DNA of 64,000 bases from Eledone cirrhosa (lineage: Eukaryota): assembly GCA_964016885.1 (NCBI GenBank), contig OZ024740.1:272986001-273050000 (forward strand). The letters run 5' to 3'. The notes under the pieces were generated by a model. That model had not been told where the DNA came from, ran no database searches, and was given only the letters and a program-made list of their open reading frames with translations. Positions 55,821-64,000 of this stretch are shown here, one piece after another; position 1 is the first letter of the stretch; every line of letters begins with the position of its first letter. A program made the position numbers and the translations under genes.

Positions 55821-57827
55821 CAGGAGAACATGATATGAAGGCTAAAAAAACACTTGTTGATAGTGCAGTTTTAAATCAACATATGAAAAGTGGTTTTAGA
55901 TTGATGTGTGATATTGGGAAAAATATTTTATTTAGAGAGGGGGGAGAGAAAAGGATGAAAAGGGAAGGAGATGAGAGGGAGAGATGGGTGATAGAGAGAA
56001 AGAGATAGTTTTTATAACTGAGAGGAGATATATTTTATATAGAGGGGTTGAAAACCGTTGGAAGATACTGTATAAATTAAAAATTTTGAAAATTAACGAA
56101 GGGAGGATATGTGCGAGGAAAAAATATATTATATTTAGGGAGGGGGGGGGGGTTGGAAAGGATGAAAAAAAGGGGAGGAGATGAGAGTGAAGGTGGAAAG
56201 GGAGAGATGGGTGATAGAGAGAAAGAGATAGTTTTTATAACTGAGAAAAAGATATAATGTTTTAATATAGAGAGGTTGGGAACCGTTGGAAGATAATGTA
56301 TAAATTAAAGGAATTTGAAAATTAACGAAGGGAAATTATGTATGAAGATAGAGAGAAAAAAATAATAATTGTGGGTGAATATTCTAACGTCAAAAGAAGA
56401 AATGTAGGAATTTTAAAATTAGCAAAGAGAAAAAGTTTATGTGTAGAAGGATTTGAGAAAAATAATGTGAAGTTAAAGTTTGTATATTGAATTCATATGT
56501 ATTAATAATGAGTTCGTTGATGGGGAGAAAAAAATAATAATAAATTAAGGATGAAATTGAGATTAAAAAGATTTATGATAGAGAGAAAAAATAATAATGA
56601 TTGCGGATGAATACTCAAAATGTCAAAAACAAATGTTATTGTTTTACGAGGAGATAGAATGAGGGTGATGAGTAAACGAGTATTATAGAGTGTATAATGC
56701 CCTTTAAAGTAAGGTAGATGGGTATATTTTAAAGAATATATGAGTATATATTAAAAAAATATATAATAATAAATTAAGGATGAAATTGAGATTAAAAAGA
56801 TTTATGATAGAGGGAAAAAAATAATAATGATTGCGGATGAATATTCAAAATGTCAAAAACAAATGTTATTGTTTTACGAGAAGATAGGATGAGGGTAATG
56901 AATAAACGAGTATTATAGAGTGTATAATGCCCTTTAAAGTAAGGTAGATGGGTATATTTTAAAGAGGTGTATGTATATGTGCCTTTGAGAAAAGATTCTA
57001 AATTGATAAAGAATTGAATATTAACTGTATACTTTGTGAAAAGTTCTATGGAATTTATGCAGGCAGATGGAAAACAAATCCGAGCATCTATTTATTATGG
57101 ATTCTAGGTTAGAGATAATGGTAAATTTTTCATTTAGGCAGAGATTACAGATTTTAGATAGAGAGCTGTTCAAGTACGAGGATGCAGAAGAAATCTTTTT
57201 CCAAAAGATGTTATATTTAATGTTTTTGTCTTTTAAGGACCATATGAGTTCTGAGAGAGCAGTGTTAGTTCTTTTAAGTTTGTATTTGAAAGATGAATGA
57301 TGATTATAGAGACGAGCTTTAAAAGAGGTGGAAGTGGAGCCAAAATAGGTGAAGGAATTGGTGCTAGTTATAATTTTACATTCATATTAAAACATTATAT
57401 CTTTTTCTCAGTTATAAAAACTATCGCTTTCTCTCTATCACCCATCTCTCCCTTTCCACCTTCACTCTCATCTCCTCCCCTTTTTTCATCCTTTCCACCC
57501 CCCCCTCCCTAAATATAATATATTTTTTCCTCGCACATATCCTCCCTTCGTTAATTTTCAAAATTTTTAATTTATACAGTATCTTCCAACGGTTTTCAAC
57601 CCCTCTATATAAAATATATCTCCTCTCAGTTATAAAAACTATCTCTTTCTCTCTATCACCCATCTCTCCCTCTCATCTCCTTCCCTTTTCATCCTTTTCT
57701 CTCCCCCCCTCTCTAAATAAAATATTTTTCCCAATATCACACATCAATCTAAAACCACTTTTCATATGTTGATTTAAAACTGCACTATCAACAAGTGTTT
57801 TTTTAGCCTTCATATCATGTTCTCCTG

Positions 57828-57894
57828 TTTTATCTGATGAAAACACAAATATTATTGTTTGATGATGTTTGTTTTTGAAATGCGCATAATAAAA
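57828..57894 (+). ncRNA. HHR in the 5' pLTR
   Basis: ttttat-CTGATGA-(12-bp G-U-rich stem II)-GAAA-tgcgca-TA-ataaaa. Confidence 0.88.
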
Positions 57895-58100
57895 TATATT
57901 GAACTCCTTTAACCATCTTTTGATCTTATATTATGCATACTCCAGTCCCACAAACTGTAGAGTGCTTCTTATCCGATATCTGCATTGCTTTATTGTACTA
58001 CAATAAAACTCACCTCCTACATTAACTTGCTCCTTAACGGTTGAGCGCTTACTCTCATATTGGATACCTTTTGATGGTCCTTCACCTCTTCTTCTACAAC

Positions 58101-60487
58101 ATGGATTATTACAACATAACCAATTCTACTAAAGACATTCCTATACCTGGTAAATCTGAATTCACCAAACTTCTTATTGAAAAAACCGACTCCTTCGTAA
58201 GAAGACTTAGATGGACAGCCTATTTCTATGACCAGCGCCTAAAAGGGAACACAACTTCCTCGATCATCTTTTTAATTCCAGACGAAATCCTCCTTCCAAC
58301 AAAAATCTAGCACAATTCGAGGAAGAATTAACTAAAATTATAAAAAATCTTAAATTCAAGAGATACCCTTACAAAGGACAAGAGCACCTTGTAAATCTCA
58401 AGAACACAATCTCTAACCTAAATTCCTCAAAAAATGTTTTAGTCCACTCTGACAAAACCAATAACCTATATGGTATTTCCAAGGATAATTATAACAACCT
58501 TATCCTAAAGGAACTTAGGAAAAAGTATCGTAAAACCAACCATGAAAATTTAGAATGCATAAACCTTGAAGCCTATGAGATTATGTCAAAACTTGGCATT
58601 GAAAAAAAGACCGAACCATTCCTCCCAAGAACTCCGAGGATAAATCTCAAGGATCACAAAAACAATTTTCGCACTGAACTACCTGTTAGATTAATCGCCC
58701 CCTCTAAATCTGATCTGGGGGTTGTTAGTAAAGCCATCTTGGATAGGATTATCCCACAGGTTAGTTCTAATTGCTCTTCTTTAAACCTAAATTTATGGTT
58801 TGGTACTTCTGAAGTGATTGGCTGGTTCAACAAATTGGATAATAAAAACAAACTAAAATTTATTCAATTCGATATTGCCAGCTACTATTCCTCCATTTCG
58901 CCTTCACTTCTCAATAATGCTCTATCTTTCGCACTTAAATATTCTGACATCACCACAGATGAACTTCACATCATCCTCACCGCACGTAAAACCATCCTAG
59001 AGTTCAACAACGAATATTGGACCAGAGCCGATACCTCTAACAACTTCGACATCACAATGGGAGCATCCGATTCATCCCAATTGACTGATTTAATTGGTAT
59101 CTTCATTTTGAACTCTCTGAGTCGGAAAATTCCTCAACTTCGCGGTGGAATTTATCGTGACGATGGACTCTTTACTATCCTAAATTGCAATATAGTTAAA
59201 CTTAATATTATTAAGAACAATATACGTAATCTCTTTAACCAACATAACCTAAAAATTGAATTTGATAATAGTACCAAACTAGCTAATTTCTTGGATGTAT
59301 CTCTTAATCTTGACACTGGCCTATATTACCCTTACCATAAAAACAATGAGAATCTTAATTATGTTAACTTTAAATCTAACCATCCTACCAATATCAAGAA
59401 TGCTATAGTTAATAATATTGGAAATAGAATATCTAACATATCTTCTAATAAAAACAGCTTTGATGCTAACGCCAATTACTATAATAACGCACTTTCTAAA
59501 GCCGGCTATCCAGATAAAATCAAATATAATAAAGAAACAAATTCTAGGAAAACTTACAGTAGAATATTTAATCATAACCATTCCAATAATTTTAATAAAA
59601 GACCTAGATACAAAAACATAATCTGGTATAATGCTCCTTTCTCCATCTCTATTAATAACAATATTCCTAAATTATTTTTTAGTGCCTTAAATAAATGCTT
59701 CCCTCCCTCACATATCTATAGTAAAATATTTAACAAACACACCATCAAATTTTCGTATTCTACATCCTCCAATATTTCCAACATCATCTCTAAACACAAC
59801 AACAAAATATTAAATACTAAATCTCTTCCTTCCAATATTGAATTTCATAATAACAATAATAGTACTCCTGACGTCATTATAAACCCTAGGCTAACTTCTC
59901 TAAACCCAAATGCAACGTCAAACACAACTTCGCTAAATGTTCATAATCCAACTCTAAATCAAGAAACTATTATTCCTATTATTCCTATCGCAAACAACTT
60001 CTCCAATCCAATTCCTTCTATAGATAACACTAGATCACTCATTAATAATCTCTCTAATTGCAACTGCCGCATTAAAAATAAATGTCCTCTCAACAACCAT
60101 TGCCTCGATAAAAACTTAATTTATGAATGTAAAATTATAACTAGCACCAATTCCTTCACCTATTTTGGCTCCACTTCCACCTCTTTTAAAGCTCGTCTCT
60201 ATAATCATCATTCATCTTTCAAATACAAACTTAAAAGAACTAACACTGCTCTCTCAGAACTCATATGGTCCTTAAAAGACAAAAACATTAAATATAACAT
60301 CTTTTGGAAAAAGATTTCTTCTGCATCCTCGTACTTGAACAGCTCTCTATCTAAAATCTGTAATCTCTGCCTAAATGAAAAATTTACCATTATCTCTAAC
60401 CTAGAATCCATAATAAATAGACGCTCGGATTTGTTTTCCATCTGCCTGCATAAATTCCATAGAACTTTTCACAAAGTATACAGTTAA
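58101..60487 (+). CDS. PLE polyprotein, RT plus GIY-YIG (~795 aa), with one frameshift near 58240-58262
   Basis: N-terminal STKDIPIP..LIEK..FVRRLRW, FDIASYYSSI, TMGA..S, YRDDGL, NFLDVSL, CNCR..CPL..C, TYFGST..FKARLYNH, CNLCLNEK. Confidence 0.92.
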
Positions 60488-61684
60488 TATTCAATTCTTT
60501 ATCAATTTAGAATCTTTTCTCAAAGGCACATATACATACACCTCTTTAAAATATACCCATCTACCTTACTTTAAAGGGCATTATACACTCTATAATACTC
60601 GTTTATTCATTACCCTCATCCTATCTTCTCGTAAAACAATAACATTTGTTTTTGACATTTTGAATATTCATCCGCAATCATTATTATTTTTTTCCCTCTA
60701 TCATAAATCTTTTTAATCTCAATTTCATCCTTAATTTATTATTATATATTTTTTTAATATATACTCATATATTCTTTAAAATATACCCATCTACCTTACT
60801 TTAAAGGGCATTATACACTCTATAATACTCGTTTACTCATCACCCTCATTCTATCTCCTCGTAAAACAATAACATTTGTTTTTGACATTTTGAGTATTCA
60901 TCCGCAATCATTATTATTTTTTCTCTCTATCATAAATCTTTTTAATCTCAATTTCATCCTTAATTTATTATTATTTTTTTCTCCTCATCAACGAACTCAT
61001 TATTAATACATATGAATTCAATATACAAACTTTAACTTCACATTATTTTTCTCAAATCCTTCTACACATAAACTTTTTCTCTTTGCTAATTTTAAAATTC
61101 CTACATTTCTTCTTTTGACGTTAGAATATTCACCCACAATTATTATTTTTTTTCTCTCTATCTTCATACATAATTTCCCTTCGTTAATTTTCAAATTCCT
61201 TTAATTTATACATTATCTTCCAACGGTTCCCAACCTCTCTATATTAAAACATTATATCTTTTTCTCAGTTATAAAAACTATCTCTTTCTCTCTATCACCC
61301 ATCTCTCCCTTTCCACCTTCACTCTCATCTCCTCCCCTTTTTTTCATCCTTTCCACCCCCCCTCCCTAAATATAATATATTTTTTCCTCGCACATATCCT
61401 CCCTTCGTTAATTTTCAAAATTTCTAATTTATACAGTATCTTCCAACGGTTTTCAACCCCTCTATATAAAATATATCTCCTCTCAGTTATAAAAACTATC
61501 TCTTTCTCTCTATCACCCATCTCTTCCTCTCATCTCCTTCCCTTTTCATCCTTTTCTCTCCCCCCCTCTCTAAATAAAATATTTTTCCCAATATCACACA
61601 TCAATCTAAAACCACTTTTCATATGTTGATTTAAAACTGCACTATCAACAAGTGTTTTTTTAGCCTTCATATCATGTTCTCCTG

Positions 61685-61751
61685 TTTTATCTGATGAAAG
61701 CACAAATATTATTGTTTGATGATGTTTGTTTTTGAAATGCGCATAATAAAA
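61685..61751 (+). ncRNA. HHR in the 3' pLTR
   Basis: Same motif as 57828-57894. Confidence 0.88.
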
Positions 61752-61874
61752 TATATTGAACTCCTTTAACCATCTTTTGATCTTATATTATGCATACTCC
61801 AGTCCCACAAACTGTAGAGTGCTTCTTATCCGATATCTGCATTGCTTTATTGTACTACAATAAAACTCACCTCC

Positions 61875-61946
<72 letters not shown>

Positions 61947-62055
61947 CACATGTATATAACAATTTTTGAGTGATTGAGCGCACGTGGTGTAGCAAGCAAG
62001 TGATTCATCGAATGATTTTAAATAGATATACATTCTACATTGCGTGTATGTGTAT

Positions 62056-62135
<80 letters not shown>

Positions 62136-62267
62136 TATATGCATATATACGTGTGCAGGGGTGTAAGGTGTGTGGGGTGGTGGTTGTATGTATGTATAAC
62201 GAGAGATAAATCCATAGATACGCATATATATATACATACATACAAACATACGCATATATGTACATTT

Positions 62268-62312
<45 letters not shown>

Positions 62313-62476
62313 GATATATATGTGAGAGAAAGAGATAAATAAATAGATAGTTAGACAGATAGATAGATAAACGGACAGACAGATATATATATATATAGAT
62401 ATATATATAGAGGGAGAGAGAGACAGAGAGAAACAGAGGGAGAGCAATCAAGAGACCATCTGAAATAGTAGACATA

Positions 62477-62573
62477 TTTCTTCTTCTTCTTCTTCTTCTT
62501 CTTCTTCTTCTTCTTCTTCTTCTTCTTCTTCTTCTTCTTCTTCTTCTTCTTCTTCTTCTTCTTCTTCTTCTTC
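62477..62573. repeat. (TTC)n microsatellite
   Basis: Direct reading. Confidence 0.95.
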
Positions 62574-62729
62574 AGATTTCTATGACATAAAGACAAATGT
62601 ATTTAAGTCTAATTTAACAACATAACACTTGTACTGAAATGTTATTTTATTTGAAAGCTGCTGAACAGAATATTTACAGACATTGAAATAACGACGTTAA
62701 ATCGGAACAATACATACACACATACATGC

Positions 62730-62802
<73 letters not shown>

Positions 62803-62878
62803 GGTGTGTATATGTATATACATATATATATATTTATATATATATATAATTATACATATATACACATAAATATATATG

Positions 62879-62912
<34 letters not shown>

Positions 62913-62973
62913 CACACACACATATATATATATATATCATTTATATGTATGATGTATATATATATATATATAT

Positions 62974-63013
<40 letters not shown>

Positions 63014-63014
63014 T

Positions 63015-63048
<34 letters not shown>

Positions 63049-63062
63049 CATACATATAAATG

Positions 63063-63094
<32 letters not shown>

Positions 63095-63544
63095 GGAGAG
63101 AGAGAGAGAGACAGAGAGAGATAGAGAGGGATAGATAGATAGATCGATATACAGATAGATAGATAGATAGATAGATAGATATATAGATAGATAGATAGAG
63201 AGTTAGAGTGATAGATAGAGGGAGGGCAAGGTGGTAAAATAAGCAAAAACAACGTATTAAAATAAAATGCACAAAAAGTGTGCATAACGAGAAAAAATAA
63301 GGCGGGGAAATAAAACAGAAATATATAAGACAATGAAGAATAGATTAACAATACGAGCGAGACATTACTAAGAATAGTATGTTAGTAGATAATAAGAGAT
63401 TTTGTTTGTATTATTTGATGTGTATGTCGTATGGAGGATGTAGTGAAAGAATGATGTTGATTAGATTTGATGACCGTCTCACAGATGGCTATGTAACTTT
63501 TGATCTATTTATCTCATGTTATCTACACGCTCTCATTATACATT

Positions 63545-63580
<36 letters not shown>

Positions 63581-63908
63581 CTTTCTCTCTCCTCTTTCTC
63601 TCTCTCTCTCTCTCTCCCTCTCTCTCTCTCTATCTCTATTCTGTCCTCTTTCTCTCTCTCTCTCTATCTCTCTCTATGCTCTTTCTTTCTGTCTCTCACT
63701 CTCTTCTCTGTTTCTCGCTCTATCCTCTTTCTCCCTCTCTCTCTATCCTCTTTCTCTCGCTCCCTGTCTGTCTCTGTCTCTACCTGCCTGCCTCTCGCTC
63801 TGTTTCTTACATTTCCCCTTTAATCTTCCTCTCCCCACTCCCCCCCCCACACACGCACATACACATACGAGCACACACACACAAGCTCACACGCACATAC
63901 ACACACAA

Positions 63909-63944
<36 letters not shown>

Positions 63945-64000
63945 AAAAACGAAAAACCAGTGATGCATCTAGACTCAGTTTATTATGTATATTAGTAAAA

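Larger units (their letters stand above)
55715..61878 (+). mobile_element. Near-intact Penelope-like element with inverted and direct pLTRs
   Basis: 55715-57386 is the reverse complement of 60122-61790. 57384-58022 is a direct repeat of 61241-61878. Flanked by (TA)n. Confidence 0.95.

Noticed and set aside
58239-58262. Programmed -1 frameshift in the PLE ORF
   Set aside because: There is no in-frame X XXY YYZ heptamer, and PLEs normally have one ORF. An indel or sequencing error is more likely.

Overview
AT-rich animal genomic DNA dominated by microsatellites, with no recognisable host gene exon. Octopus or another cephalopod is inferred from the repeat content only. Most ORFs in the track are microsatellite artefacts (YI/CV/TH/SL runs). 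The real coding content is retroelement-derived: a near-intact Penelope-like element (PLE; RT + GIY-YIG, 55715-61878), three truncated PLEs, RTE, Tx1/L1 and R4/Dong LINE fragments, and a Helitron Rep fragment. There are also about 16 copies of one SINE family and several MITEs. The main discovery is a dense set of about 20 type I hammerhead ribozyme (HHR) motifs from roughly 10 PLE-end families, nearly all embedded in (TA)n tracts. Many occur as tiny head-to-head hairpins in which one arm carries an extra 65-90 nt tail. Several families share non-canonical catalytic cores across copies: UUGANAA (U3-A8 swap), UUGAAAA with GCAA, and CAGAAGA; CCGAAGA occurs in two unrelated motifs. All calls were made by eye; no alignment, folding or database search was run.
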